Of a stretch of DNA of 64,000 nucleotides, positions 18,522-28,166 are shown piece after piece. Each line of letters starts with the position of its first letter. Position 1 is the first letter of the stretch. The DNA is from Acidimicrobiia bacterium (lineage in GTDB: Bacteria > Actinomycetota > Acidimicrobiia > Acidimicrobiales > Bin134). Under the pieces are notes generated by a model. That model saw only the letters and a program-made list of their open reading frames with translations, had not been told where the DNA came from and did no database searches. The stretch is from contig JAJDUJ010000029.1 of assembly GCA_022826705.1 (NCBI GenBank), positions 11,026 to 75,025 of the forward strand. Reading direction: 5' to 3'. The position numbers and the translations under genes are program-made.

Positions 18522-21500
18522 GAAGCCCGAGTTGGCCGTTAACCGGGGCCAGGACACGGTGGCGGGAGCGCTGAACGGGTTCATTTCCCATGCCGCAACC
18601 GGGTTTGTGGGCGGGGCCTGTTTGGATGTGGCCACTGCCTATTTCAACGTGGGCGGCTACTCGCTGCTGGCCGATTCGCTGGATCAGGTCACTGGCGTGC
18701 GGCTGTTGCTGGGAGCGGAGCCGACCCCTCCGGAGAGCCGCCGGCGGGCGCTGCGGACTGAATCGGCCAATCCCCAGCGGGCGATCCGGGCTCGGCTGCG
18801 CCAGGCGCTTGAGGGCCACGAGCAGAACCTTGTGGTTGAGCGAGACCACTTGGGGTTCACGTTTGAGGTTGATGCCTCCACTCGCCGGCTGGTGAAGTGG
18901 CTGCGCTCGGAGAATGTTAAAGTGCGCCGTCTGGAGGGGCGGTTCTTGCACGGCAAGGCGTTCTTGGTGGGGAACCGCTCCCATGGGGTGGTGGCCGGTT
19001 CGTCCAATTTCACCTATGCGGGGTTGGCCACCAACTTGGAGCTGAACCTGGGCAACTACTCGCCCCATGTGGTGGGTCAGGTGCGCGACTGGTTCGAGGA
19101 ACTGTGGGCCGAGGCCGCGGAATACGACTTGGCCTCGCTGTTCGAGGCCCGATTCGAGCCTCACTCCCCTCAGCTCGTGTATCTGCGAATGCTGTGGGAG
19201 TTCTACGGCGAGGAACTCGAGGCCGAGGCCGCCGCCGAAGGCGCGCCGCAGATTCACCTCACCAATTTCCAATCAGACGGGCTGTGGCGGGCCCGGCGCA
19301 TCTTGGACGAGCGCAACGGGGTCCTCATTGCTGACGAGGTCGGCCTGGGGAAGACGTTCTTGGCCGGAGAGTTGATCCGGGAGGCGGTGCAGGATCGTCG
19401 TCAACGGGTGTTGGTGATCACCCCTGCCACGCTGCGCGACGGGCCGTGGCGGGCATTCGTTCATGAGCACTTGTTGGCGGTGGAGCTCGTGTCGTACGAG
19501 GAGCTGATGGCCGACAGCCGCCTAAACCCCGAGCACACAACTGCCATCAAGCTGAAAGCTGCCATCAACGAATACGCCATGGTGGTGATCGACGAGGCCC
19601 ACAACCTACGCAATCCTGGCACCCAGCGGGCTCACGCGCTGCGCCAGCTGTTGGCAGGATCGCCTCCCAAGGAGCTGGTGATGCTCACCGCTACTCCGGT
19701 GAATAACAGCCTGTGGGACTTGTATCACCTGCTGGGCTACTTCTTACGCAGCGATGCTGTGTTTGCCGATGCTGGCATTCGCTCTCTGCGCGACCACTTC
19801 GCCAAAGCGATGGCTCTCAACCCCGACGACCTCACCCCCGAGCATTTGTTCGACGTGCTGGACGCGGTGGCGGTCCGCCGAACCAGGTCGTTTGTCAAGC
19901 GCTTCTACCCCAATGACACCATCAAGGTCGGCGGGCAAGAACGGCAGATCGTCTTCCCCACTCCCCGGGTCCACAAGGTGGACTACAACCTCGACGAGGT
20001 GATGCCCGGTTTCTTCGACCGGTTTGCCGATGCGCTCGATCCCGACGCCAGCGTCGAAGATCCCGGCGTGCTCACGATGGCTCGGTATTCGCCATCGCAG
20101 TTTCGTTTAGACCATGAGGAAGATGCTTACGAGAAACAGCTTGCCGGGCTGTTGCGATCTGGATTGCTGAAGCGTTTCGAGTCTTCGCCCTATGCCTTTG
20201 CCGAGACCTGTGAGCGAATGGCCAAGAGCCATGACACCTTTCTGTCGCTGCTCGACAACGGCCGGGTAGCCACTGGCGACGCTTTGGCTGACTGGATCGC
20301 CACCGACTCCGACGAGATGGACGAAGATCAGGTCGACACCTTCCTGGGCGGAATCGTCGGGGTGTCCGATGACGCGGCCGAGTACGACCTCGAACATCTC
20401 CGAGAATACGTGGACCGAGATCGAGACCTGCTGAGGTCGTTCGTTGCCGAGGCCCGCACCGTCACCCGCGCAGATGATCCCAACCTGAACGCCTTGGTTG
20501 AAGAGCTGGCCCAGATCTCCGCCGATGCCGCTGCTGAAGGTATCGGCCCCGACGACGTGCGCGATCGGGGCAAGGTATTGATCTTCAGCTATTACGCCGA
20601 CACCGTCGCCTGGGTTTTTGAGCATCTGGTTTCCACTGTTGAAGCCGATGAGCGCCTGGCTCCCTATCGAGGTCGCATCGCCTCGCTAGCGGGCAACTCC
20701 GGCTCGGGGAGCAAGGAGCGAGTGCTGTGGGGGTTCGCCCCCAAGACCACCGATGCCCCCGAGGGCGCCGATGAAGACCTGTTCGACATCGTGGTGGCCA
20801 CCGACGTGCTGGCCGAGGGGGTTAACCTCCAGCAGGCCCGTCACATCATCAACTACGACCTGCCCTGGAACCCGATGCGGCTGGTACAGCGCCATGGCCG
20901 CATAGATCGCATCGGCTCGCTCCACACCGAGGTGTTCCTGCGCTGCGTGTTCCCCGACGATCGCCTCGACGACCTGCTCGGTCTCGAAGAGCGACTGCAC
21001 CTGAAGATCGCCCAGGCTGCCGCCAGCATCGGCGTTGGCGAGGTGCTGCCCGACCAAGTTACCCAAGTCGAGACCAACTTCACTGAGACCAAAGAGGAAA
21101 TCGACCGTCTTCGCAACGAAGACGCTGAGTTGTTCGAACGAGGCGGCACCGCCCGAGGCGTACTGTCGGGCGAGGAGTTCCGCCAAGAACTGCGCCAAGC
21201 CCTTGAAGACTCCGACCTGGCCCGCCAAATCAAGTCCCTCCCCTGGGGCTCAGGCTCAGGCATGGCCGTGGCAAGCCCCGATGGCCACCCCGGCTACATC
21301 TTCTGCGCCCGAGTAGGCGACCACCCCAAACCCCTATTCCGCTTTATCGAAACCGGCTCCGATGCGGACAGTTCCGTGGTAGACGAAACCTTGGCCTGCC
21401 TCCACAAAGCCCGCCCCCCAGATGGTTTCGGCACCGACCGCCAATTGGACGACGCCACCATCCAAGCCGCCTTCACCGCCTGGGAGACCGCCCGCGCTCA

Positions 21501-21843
21501 CATCGTGGAGCGGTGGAACTTCATGTCCGACAAAGCCAACCTAGAACCCAAAATCCCACCCCGCCTCCGCCGTGCCGCCGACATCCTCCGAGAGCACTCA
21601 CCCCCCGACCTCACCCAAGAAGACCTTGACCGCGCTATAGACACCATCAACGCCCCCTACCCCGAACGCACCATCCGCACCCTCCAAGCCGCTATCAGCA
21701 ACATCGAAGACCCTGCCCAGCAAGCCCAAAATATCCTCAACACCATCCACCACCTAGGCCTACAGCCCTACACACCCCCCACCCCCCTCCCCGAAATCCA
21801 CAAAACCGACGTCCACCTAGTTACCTGGCTAGCACTGACCTGA
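18508..21843 (+). CDS. PLD-nuclease domain fused to SNF2-family helicase, 1111 aa
   Basis: ATAYFN, LHGKAF...GSSNFT...NLELN (PLD); ADEVGLGKT, IDEAHN, LTATP, EGVNLQ...NYDLPWNP...QRHGRIDRIG; AGGAAG RBS before ATG 18508. Confidence 0.9.
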   Translation: MTAVEKPELAVNRGQDTVAGALNGFISHAATGFVGGACLDVATAYFNVGGYSLLADSLDQVTGVRLLLGAEPTPPESRRRALRTESANPQRAIRARLRQALEGHEQNLVVERDHLGFTFEVDASTRRLVKWLRSENVKVRRLEGRFLHGKAFLVGNRSHGVVAGSSNFTYAGLATNLELNLGNYSPHVVGQVRDWFEELWAEAAEYDLASLFEARFEPHSPQLVYLRMLWEFYGEELEAEAAAEGAPQIHLTNFQSDGLWRARRILDERNGVLIADEVGLGKTFLAGELIREAVQDRRQRVLVITPATLRDGPWRAFVHEHLLAVELVSYEELMADSRLNPEHTTAIKLKAAINEYAMVVIDEAHNLRNPGTQRAHALRQLLAGSPPKELVMLTATPVNNSLWDLYHLLGYFLRSDAVFADAGIRSLRDHFAKAMALNPDDLTPEHLFDVLDAVAVRRTRSFVKRFYPNDTIKVGGQERQIVFPTPRVHKVDYNLDEVMPGFFDRFADALDPDASVEDPGVLTMARYSPSQFRLDHEEDAYEKQLAGLLRSGLLKRFESSPYAFAETCERMAKSHDTFLSLLDNGRVATGDALADWIATDSDEMDEDQVDTFLGGIVGVSDDAAEYDLEHLREYVDRDRDLLRSFVAEARTVTRADDPNLNALVEELAQISADAAAEGIGPDDVRDRGKVLIFSYYADTVAWVFEHLVSTVEADERLAPYRGRIASLAGNSGSGSKERVLWGFAPKTTDAPEGADEDLFDIVVATDVLAEGVNLQQARHIINYDLPWNPMRLVQRHGRIDRIGSLHTEVFLRCVFPDDRLDDLLGLEERLHLKIAQAAASIGVGEVLPDQVTQVETNFTETKEEIDRLRNEDAELFERGGTARGVLSGEEFRQELRQALEDSDLARQIKSLPWGSGSGMAVASPDGHPGYIFCARVGDHPKPLFRFIETGSDADSSVVDETLACLHKARPPDGFGTDRQLDDATIQAAFTAWETARAHIVERWNFMSDKANLEPKIPPRLRRAADILREHSPPDLTQEDLDRAIDTINAPYPERTIRTLQAAISNIEDPAQQAQNILNTIHHLGLQPYTPPTPLPEIHKTDVHLVTWLALT

Positions 21844-21952
21844 GTAGCTGAGTGATTCCGCAGAGGAATCGACCGACTCCAGCGAGGAATATCGCTGTGT
21901 AGCCTCCCAGGGTGGATGGCTACCGAGGAGGTTGCACCCTGGTAGAAGGGCA

Positions 21953-21987
21953 CGGCCCGGAGCGGGGTTGGGCTTCGCTCCGGGCCG
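21953..21987. terminator. Hairpin between the convergent helicase gene and tRNA operon
   Basis: CGGCCCGGAGCG-N11-CGCTCCGGGCCG, perfect 12-bp stem. Confidence 0.7.
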
Positions 21988-21999
21988 TTGGGGGGTGGG

Positions 22000-22075
22000 T
22001 GGTGGTCGGGACCGGCGTCGATCCGGTGACCTTCCGCTTTTCAGGCGGACGCTCTGCCAACTGAGCTACCCGACC
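22000..22075 (-). tRNA. tRNA-Phe (GAA)
   Basis: GGTCGGGTAGCTCAGTTGGCAGAGC...CTGAAAA...CCCGACCACCA; CCA encoded. Confidence 0.95.
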
Positions 22076-22088
22076 ATGTTCTGTTGTG

Positions 22089-22163
22089 CGGTCCCGACGG
22101 GATTTGAACCCGCGACCTCCGGCTTGACAGGCCGGCGTGCACTCCAAACTGCACCACGGGACC
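22089..22163 (-). tRNA. tRNA-Asp (GTC)
   Basis: GGTCCCGTGGTGCAG...CTGTCAA...GGTTCAAATCCCGTCGGGACCG. Confidence 0.95.
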
Positions 22164-22231
22164 ATGCTGTGGGGCTTATGCACTCTACTCGCGCGCCGGG
22201 TGGACTGTTCTACTCGAATTTCCGCCTGGGA

Positions 22232-22321
22232 GCTTCGGGTGGCCAGGCCCTCGGGATCGAAGTTGGGTTCGCCCTGGAGTTGGGTGATCCGCAGGGCGAC
22301 CTGATCGACATGGCCCTGCTC
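22232..22321 (-). pseudogene. 30-codon relic of a bacterioferritin-like gene
   Basis: EQGHVDQVALRITQLQGEPNFDPEGLATRS resembles the EQxHADxIAxRIxQLGGEPxFxPxGLxxRS segment of ferritin-like proteins (recalled motif). Confidence 0.55.
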
Positions 22322-22324
22322 AAT

Positions 22325-22361
22325 CCTTGAAATTCCACTATTGCATAGTAGAATTTCAAGG
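22325..22361. promoter_or_regulatory. 37-bp AT-rich palindrome just upstream of the AAA ATPase
   Basis: CCTTGAAATTC-C-ACTAT-TGC-ATAGT-A-GAATTTCAAGG. Confidence 0.6.
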
Positions 22362-22374
22362 ATAAACTGGCCGA

Positions 22375-23535
22375 GTGCCATTGATTGCTCGGTCGGTTGA
22401 CACGCAGAGGCTGCGCGAGGCGATTTCGCATGCTCCGGTGACGTTGCTCACCGGTCCTCGTCAGGCAGGGAAGTCCACTCTGGCGGGCCAGACCGTTAGC
22501 TCGTCGCCGGCTGCGTTCTTCGACCTTGAAGATCATCGCGACCTCGCCCGTCTCGCCGAGCCGACGCTGGCTCTGCGCGACACCGGCGAGACGATGGTCA
22601 TCGACGAGGCCCAGCGGATGCCGGAGTTGTTCCCCACGCTTCGCGTGCTCGTGGATGAGAACCGCAGGCCGGGCCGGTTCGTCGTGCTGGGCAGCGCGTC
22701 TCCCGACCTTGTCGGCCTCGGCTCGGAGTCGTTGGCCGGCCGGGTGACGTTCGTGGAACTCGGGGGCTTTCGGCTCGCCGATGTCGGCCCTGAGCGTCTC
22801 GACGACCTGTGGCTGCGAGGGGGCCTGCCGGAGTCCTTCGTGGCGGCCACCGATGAGGCGTCCAACCGGTGGCGCGACGATTACATCTCCACTTTCTTGG
22901 AGCGCGATCTGGCCGCTTTGGGCTTCAGGTTTCCGGCCACGACGATGCGGCGATTCTGGACGATGCTGGCCCATTATCACGGGCAGACCTGGAACGGGGC
23001 CCGCATCGCCCGGTCGATCGATGTCTCGGAGTCGACCGTGAGACGCTATGTCGACGCGCTGAGCGATGCCTTGGTGGTGCGCCAACTGCGGCCGTGGTTC
23101 ACCAACATCTCGAAGCGCCAGGTCAAATCGCCTCGGGTCTACATCCGCGACTCGGGCCTGCTGCACCGCCTGCTCGGGATTTCCACGATGTACGACCTCG
23201 AGCGATCCCCGATGCTCGGCGCGAGCTGGGAGGGCATGGTGGTCGAGCAGATCCTCACCAGATTCGCCTCCGCCGACCCAACCTACTGGTCGACCCATGG
23301 AGGTGCGGAGCTTGACCTGCGCCTGGAGACCGACGGACGGGTCCTCGGATTCGAGATCAAGCGCACGGCCCAGCCAGCGGTCACGAAGTCGATGCACATC
23401 GCCCTAGCCGACCTCGAACTCGACCACCTCTTCGTCGTGTACGCCGGCCCCCACCGCTTCGCGCTCACCGATCGCATCACCGCCATCGGGGCGGCAGACC
23501 TCCTGACCGCTCAAGATCCCTTGTCCGCGCCCTAG
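22375..23535 (+). CDS. AAA_14 family ATPase with DUF4143
   Basis: LTGPRQAGKST, VIDEAQ, VLGSAS, ESLAGR, LRGGLP, KRQVKSPRVYIRDSG, ELDL..FEIK. Confidence 0.9.
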   Translation: MPLIARSVDTQRLREAISHAPVTLLTGPRQAGKSTLAGQTVSSSPAAFFDLEDHRDLARLAEPTLALRDTGETMVIDEAQRMPELFPTLRVLVDENRRPGRFVVLGSASPDLVGLGSESLAGRVTFVELGGFRLADVGPERLDDLWLRGGLPESFVAATDEASNRWRDDYISTFLERDLAALGFRFPATTMRRFWTMLAHYHGQTWNGARIARSIDVSESTVRRYVDALSDALVVRQLRPWFTNISKRQVKSPRVYIRDSGLLHRLLGISTMYDLERSPMLGASWEGMVVEQILTRFASADPTYWSTHGGAELDLRLETDGRVLGFEIKRTAQPAVTKSMHIALADLELDHLFVVYAGPHRFALTDRITAIGAADLLTAQDPLSAP

Positions 23536-23663
23536 CGCTCCGGATTCGATGCGGGTGGCAGGGCGCCGCTGTCCACGGCGCACCCTGTGTCGTTTTCTCC
23601 GAAGGCGAACCATGAAGCCCAAGGGTCTTCGACACCGCGATGCACGACCGCGGCTGAAACTAG

Positions 23664-23736
23664 CACCCCCAACGGGATTCGAACCCGTGTTACCGCCTTG
23701 AAAGGGCGGCGTCCTAGGCCGCTGGACGATGGGGGC
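23664..23736 (-). tRNA. tRNA-Glu (TTC)
   Basis: GCCCCCATCGTCCAGCGGCCTAGGAC...CTTTCAA...GGTTCGAATCCCGTTGGGGGTG. Confidence 0.95.
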
Positions 23737-23833
23737 TCTCGGCCCGATAAGGCCGACTTACGTTACCAGCCCTCCTTGGCGGAACCGCATTGAAAAACAG
23801 ATACCATGATCCCTACCGCGAAAGGAGCATGGG

Positions 23834-24298
23834 GTGGAGAACGAGGTCTGGCGCTGGCTGTGGACGTGCTCCGCGGTGGTCTTCTCCTTGGCCGAGGTGT
23901 TTACCGCCGGGTTCTTCCTGCTCCCCTTCGCCATAGGCGCGGCCGCGGCCGCGGTGCTGGCTTGGGTGGACGCCCATATTCTCTGGCAGTGGCTGGTGTT
24001 TTTTGTGGGCAGCGCGGTCAGTTTTGTCTACTTGCGCCGGTTCGTCCGTCGCCTCGACAAAGATGAGCAGCCCCGAGTGGGGGCCAGCCGGCTCCTCGAC
24101 GCCCACGGCAAGATCATCGAGCGGGTGGACGACGACGCGCAGACTGGCATGGTTCGAATCGGGGGCGAGGAATGGCGGGCCTCCGCCGCCGAGCCCATTG
24201 AAGTGGACACCCGGGTGATGGTCACCCAAATCGACGGCACCCGTCTGGTGGTCGTTCCCGCTCCCCAAGAGCAACCCACTGAGAGCACAGAAAGCTAG
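23834..24298 (+). CDS. NfeD-like membrane protein
   Basis: N-terminal TM helices, GMVRIGGEEWRA OB-fold; adjacent to SPFH gene. Confidence 0.88.
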   Translation: MENEVWRWLWTCSAVVFSLAEVFTAGFFLLPFAIGAAAAAVLAWVDAHILWQWLVFFVGSAVSFVYLRRFVRRLDKDEQPRVGASRLLDAHGKIIERVDDDAQTGMVRIGGEEWRASAAEPIEVDTRVMVTQIDGTRLVVVPAPQEQPTESTES

Positions 24299-24307
24299 GT
24301 AGCAGTC

Positions 24308-25246
24308 ATGGAAGCCGTGGTCGCCCTATTCATCATCATTGCGTTAGCGCTCATCCTGATCGCCGCGCTGGGAATCCGCATCATCCGCCCCTATGAGCGG
24401 GGTCTCATCGAGATGCTGGGCCGCTATCAGCGCACGGTGGACTCCGGCTTGCGGTGGATCCTCCCGTTCGTGCAGCGCATCAGCAAAGTTGACATGAGGG
24501 AGCGGGTCATCGACGTGCCTCCCCAAGAGGTGATCACCAAGGACAACGTGGTGGTAACGGTGGACGCGGTGATCTTCTTCGAGGCCACCGACCCGGTGAA
24601 GCTCAAGTACAACGTCGGCAACTTCCAGTTGGCGGTCACCAAGCTGGCCCAGACCAACCTGCGTAACGTGATCGGCGATCTCGACCTTGACGCTGCCCTC
24701 ACCTCCCGAGAGCTGATCAACGGCAAGCTGCGCCAGATCCTCGACGACGCCACCGACAAGTGGGGCACTCGAGTGGTGAGAGTAGAGATCCAGCGCATCG
24801 AGCCGCCGCCCGACGTCACCGAGGCCATGCACCGCCAGATGAAGGCCGAGCGCGACCGCCGGGCCATCGTCACGGAGGCCGAGGGCGACAAGCGCTCAGC
24901 CATTTTGCGGGCCGAGGGCCAAAAGGAAAGCCAGATCCTGGAAGCCGAAGGCGAGGCCGAGGCCATCAAGCGGGTGGCCGACGCCGAGCGCTATCAGTTC
25001 GAAACGGTGGCCGAAGGTGAGGCCTCCGCTATCGAGCAGGTGTTCGGTGCCATCCATACCGGCGACCCCACTCCCGATCTCATTGCGATCCGCTACCTGG
25101 AAGCACTGAAGAGCGTGGCCGACGGCAACGCCACCAAGATCTTCCTGCCCCTCGACACCAGCGGCCTCACCAACGCCATGGCCTCTCTCTCCGAGATCGC
25201 CCGGGCCGGCCAAGGCGAACCGGCGGCCCGAGCTGTCGAGGAATAG
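24308..25246 (+). CDS. SPFH/stomatin (band 7) family protein
   Basis: [29 protein letters not shown]. Confidence 0.92.
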   Translation: MEAVVALFIIIALALILIAALGIRIIRPYERGLIEMLGRYQRTVDSGLRWILPFVQRISKVDMRERVIDVPPQEVITKDNVVVTVDAVIFFEATDPVKLKYNVGNFQLAVTKLAQTNLRNVIGDLDLDAALTSRELINGKLRQILDDATDKWGTRVVRVEIQRIEPPPDVTEAMHRQMKAERDRRAIVTEAEGDKRSAILRAEGQKESQILEAEGEAEAIKRVADAERYQFETVAEGEASAIEQVFGAIHTGDPTPDLIAIRYLEALKSVADGNATKIFLPLDTSGLTNAMASLSEIARAGQGEPAARAVEE

Positions 25247-25250
25247 CCAG

Positions 25251-25727
25251 CTACAGCTCGGAGGCCGACGCCTCCACCAGGTGCTCTAGCAGCCAACCCA
25301 GGTACCAGTAGGCCGATCGGGCCACCGATTCGGCGTCGGCCTCATCGGTTTCTTCAAACTCATCGTCTTCGGTGACCTCCAAGCGAGTGCCCAGCACCAG
25401 CCGGATATCGTTGACCGCCCCCATCCACGCGGCCAACTGCTCTTGGTCCAACGCCGTGGCCTCGGCCAGCTCGGCCACGATATCCAGGCGGGCCAGGCGC
25501 TTGGACACCAGCTCGTCTCGCACCATGTCCCGGTACTCGGCCTCGGCCTCGGCATCGTCGGGCCGGGCAGTGGGAAACAACCGAGTGAGCATCTCGTCGT
25601 TGGGGTCGTCGGCCAGCAGCGACCGCAGATCGGGAACGATGGCGGCGATCAGCGCCCGCTCCTCTTCTCGCAGGTTGAGTGAGTACGTCCCGTCGCCGTT
25701 GGGCACCACCGGCTGTCGCGGCGCCAT
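25251..25727 (-). CDS. DUF2017 family protein
   Basis: RLFPTA, WMGAVNDIRLVLGTRL, YWYLGWLLE; follows clpS. Confidence 0.85.
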   Translation of the reverse strand: MAPRQPVVPNGDGTYSLNLREEERALIAAIVPDLRSLLADDPNDEMLTRLFPTARPDDAEAEAEYRDMVRDELVSKRLARLDIVAELAEATALDQEQLAAWMGAVNDIRLVLGTRLEVTEDDEFEETDEADAESVARSAYWYLGWLLEHLVEASASEL

Positions 25728-25767
25728 CAGGTTCCATTCCTTAGCGCAGGCACAGACAATTGGCCCA

Positions 25768-26115
25768 TCAGTCGTCGTGCTCCATGGTGGCCCACAGGCC
25801 GTACTCATGCAGGCGAAAGACGTCCATCTCCGCCTTCTCCTTGGGGCCGTCCGACACCACGGCCCGCCCCTTGTAGTGGACGTCGAGCATCAGCTGGGTG
25901 GCCTTCTCTTTGCTGTAGCCGAACAGCTTCTGGAACACGAAGGTCACATACGACATCAGGTTGATGGGGTCGTTCCACACGATCACCTTCCACGGCCGAT
26001 CGGGCCGCACGTCGGTGTCATCGGCAGTTTCCCTAACCTCCGACGGGGCGATCTCGACGGGCGCAGCGGGAGCCATGGCGGCAGGGGCAACTTCGACAGG
26101 GACGGGCGGACTCAT
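25768..26115 (-). CDS. clpS: ClpS adaptor protein
   Basis: [16 protein letters not shown]...MLDVHYKG. Confidence 0.95.
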   Translation of the reverse strand: MSPPVPVEVAPAAMAPAAPVEIAPSEVRETADDTDVRPDRPWKVIVWNDPINLMSYVTFVFQKLFGYSKEKATQLMLDVHYKGRAVVSDGPKEKAEMDVFRLHEYGLWATMEHDD

Positions 26116-27023
26116 GCCGGCACCGCCTGGGCAACGTCGGCCTCGACCCGCACCAGCGGGCCCCTTGCGTTAAGCCAGAAGAACACGGTGACTATCCACA
26201 GTAGGGCGGCACCGGCAATATGCGCGCCCACCAGAAGCACCGGCACACCGGTGAAGTACTGCACATATCCAATGAGCCCTTGGCCCAGCGCCACCCCCAG
26301 CACGGCCCGCCCCCACCGCTGGACTCGCTCGGGAGCGCCCCGCTGGCGCAGCCACCACACCATTCCGGCCAGCACCACCAGCAGCGCCACCACCGTGGTC
26401 CCGTGAATCTGGGCCACGTCTCTCACGGCCACGTCGATGCGCTCAGCGTCCTCATCACCGCTGTGCGGCCCGGCGCCGGTCACGATCGTGCCGGTCACGA
26501 TCACCACCGAGGTGAGCGCCACCACCCCGTTGCCCAGCCAATGGGGGCGGGGTCGGGGCTCGCGTTGGCGCTCATAGTCCTCCGAGGCTCGCCACAGCAG
26601 CACCACTGCATTCCACAGCAGCACCATCGACAGCAAGAAGTGGCCGATCACCAGCGTCGGGGGCAGCTCGTACAACACCACCAGGCCCCCAAGCACGATC
26701 TGGGCCAGCACTCCAGCCACCAAGCCCCACGACAGCCATACCAAGTCGGCTCGCCTCGGCTTCCGCCAGTGGGAGCCCAAAACAGTGGCGATGACAATGG
26801 CCGACACCAGCCCGGTGATGAGGCGGTTGATGAACTCGATCATGGCGTGGGTCTCCAGCGGCGCCACCAGCTGGTCGTTGTCACACGCCGGCCAATCGGG
26901 GCAGCCCAACCCTGAGCCGGTGAGCCGGACCGCGCCCCCACTCACGATGATCAACGCCAAAAGGGCCAGCGCCCAGATGGTGATCTTGCGGTAAGTAGCG
27001 GGGGAGACCCGGGGTTGGATCAC
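26112..27023 (-). CDS. ctaA: Heme A synthase
   Basis: [32 protein letters not shown]; GTG start at 27023. Confidence 0.9.
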   Translation of the reverse strand: MIQPRVSPATYRKITIWALALLALIIVSGGAVRLTGSGLGCPDWPACDNDQLVAPLETHAMIEFINRLITGLVSAIVIATVLGSHWRKPRRADLVWLSWGLVAGVLAQIVLGGLVVLYELPPTLVIGHFLLSMVLLWNAVVLLWRASEDYERQREPRPRPHWLGNGVVALTSVVIVTGTIVTGAGPHSGDEDAERIDVAVRDVAQIHGTTVVALLVVLAGMVWWLRQRGAPERVQRWGRAVLGVALGQGLIGYVQYFTGVPVLLVGAHIAGAALLWIVTVFFWLNARGPLVRVEADVAQAVPA

Positions 27024-27155
27024 GTTTCGAATTGTACGGGTCGTCTGTGACAGTCGGTCATGCCGAGTCGATGGTTTTCGGGGCTTTCGCAACGGAAAAA
27101 GCGCCCTCCCGATACCTTGGCCTGCCCCGCGCCGAAACCGTACTCTGGGCAGGTC

Positions 27156-28058
27156 ATGGGTGTTGCCCGCTTGTCTCCTCGCAGCCGTACGCGCACCGCG
27201 CGGGCCTACGTGGCGCTCACCAAACCCCGCATCATTGAGCTGCTGCTGGTGACCACGGTGCCCACCATGGTTGTGGCCGACCGGGGCATCCCCTCGGTGT
27301 GGCTGATGGTGGCCACCGTTGTCGGCGGCACCCTCGCTGCCGGTGGCGCCAACGCCATCAACATGTACGTAGACCGCGACATCGACCGGCTCATGGAGCG
27401 CACCAAGAACCGCCCCCTGGTCACCGGGGAGATCGCCCCCCCGCGGGCCCTGGTCTTTGCCATCGCCCTTGAGGTGCTGGCCTTTATATGGCTGTGGGGC
27501 TTTGTGAACCTGCTCAGCGCGGTGCTGGCGGTGTCGGCCACCGCCTTCTACGTATTCGTGTACACGATGTGGCTCAAGCGCACCTCCACCCGCAACATCA
27601 TCATCGGCGGGGCCGCCGGGGCGGTGCCGGTGCTGGTGGGCTGGTCGGCGGTCACCAACAGCCTGAGTTGGGCCCCGCTGGTGCTGTTCGGTGTTATTTT
27701 CTACTGGACGCCGCCCCACTTCTGGGCCCTGGCCATCCGCTATCGCGACGACTACCGGGCGGCCAACGTGCCCATGCTCCCCGCAGTGGCCAGCACCCGC
27801 ACCACCGCAGTGCGGATGATCGGCTACACCGTGGTGCTGTGGGGGCTGTCGGTGCTGTTCAGCGCGGTGGGCGAGATGGGGCTGGTGTACTTGCTGAGTT
27901 CCGTGGTGCTGGGCGCGGTGTTCTTGTATTTGGCCGTGGAGGTGCTGCGCACGAAGGAGACCGCGTCGGCGATGCGGCTGTTCTCCTACTCCATCACCTA
28001 CATCACGCTGCTGTTCGCCGCGATGGTCGTCGACCAGGTGGTTCGGACCGGTGTTTGA
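27156..28058 (+). CDS. ctaB: Heme o synthase (protoheme IX farnesyltransferase)
   Basis: LTKPRII, NMYVDRDID..M.RT..RP, YTMWLKR, WTPPHFWALA. Confidence 0.95.
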   Translation: MGVARLSPRSRTRTARAYVALTKPRIIELLLVTTVPTMVVADRGIPSVWLMVATVVGGTLAAGGANAINMYVDRDIDRLMERTKNRPLVTGEIAPPRALVFAIALEVLAFIWLWGFVNLLSAVLAVSATAFYVFVYTMWLKRTSTRNIIIGGAAGAVPVLVGWSAVTNSLSWAPLVLFGVIFYWTPPHFWALAIRYRDDYRAANVPMLPAVASTRTTAVRMIGYTVVLWGLSVLFSAVGEMGLVYLLSSVVLGAVFLYLAVEVLRTKETASAMRLFSYSITYITLLFAAMVVDQVVRTGV

Positions 28059-28166
28059 CGCAGATTTCCGCCGGCCCCTGGAGCCCATTGGGCAGAGTTG
28101 TCTGATGAGAGAAACGACACAGGCGATGTGTAAAGTTCGCTCGCACACTTGCCTTCGTGGAGCACG

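Noticed and set aside
13312-21843. Complete DISARM or BREX system
   Set aside because: No drmA/drmB(DUF1998)/stand-alone drmC and no pglZ/brxC in the window; only methyltransferase, S subunits and PLD-SNF2
11230-22000. Active integrative element at tRNA-Phe
   Set aside because: No integrase, and I found no duplicated tRNA 3' end on the left side
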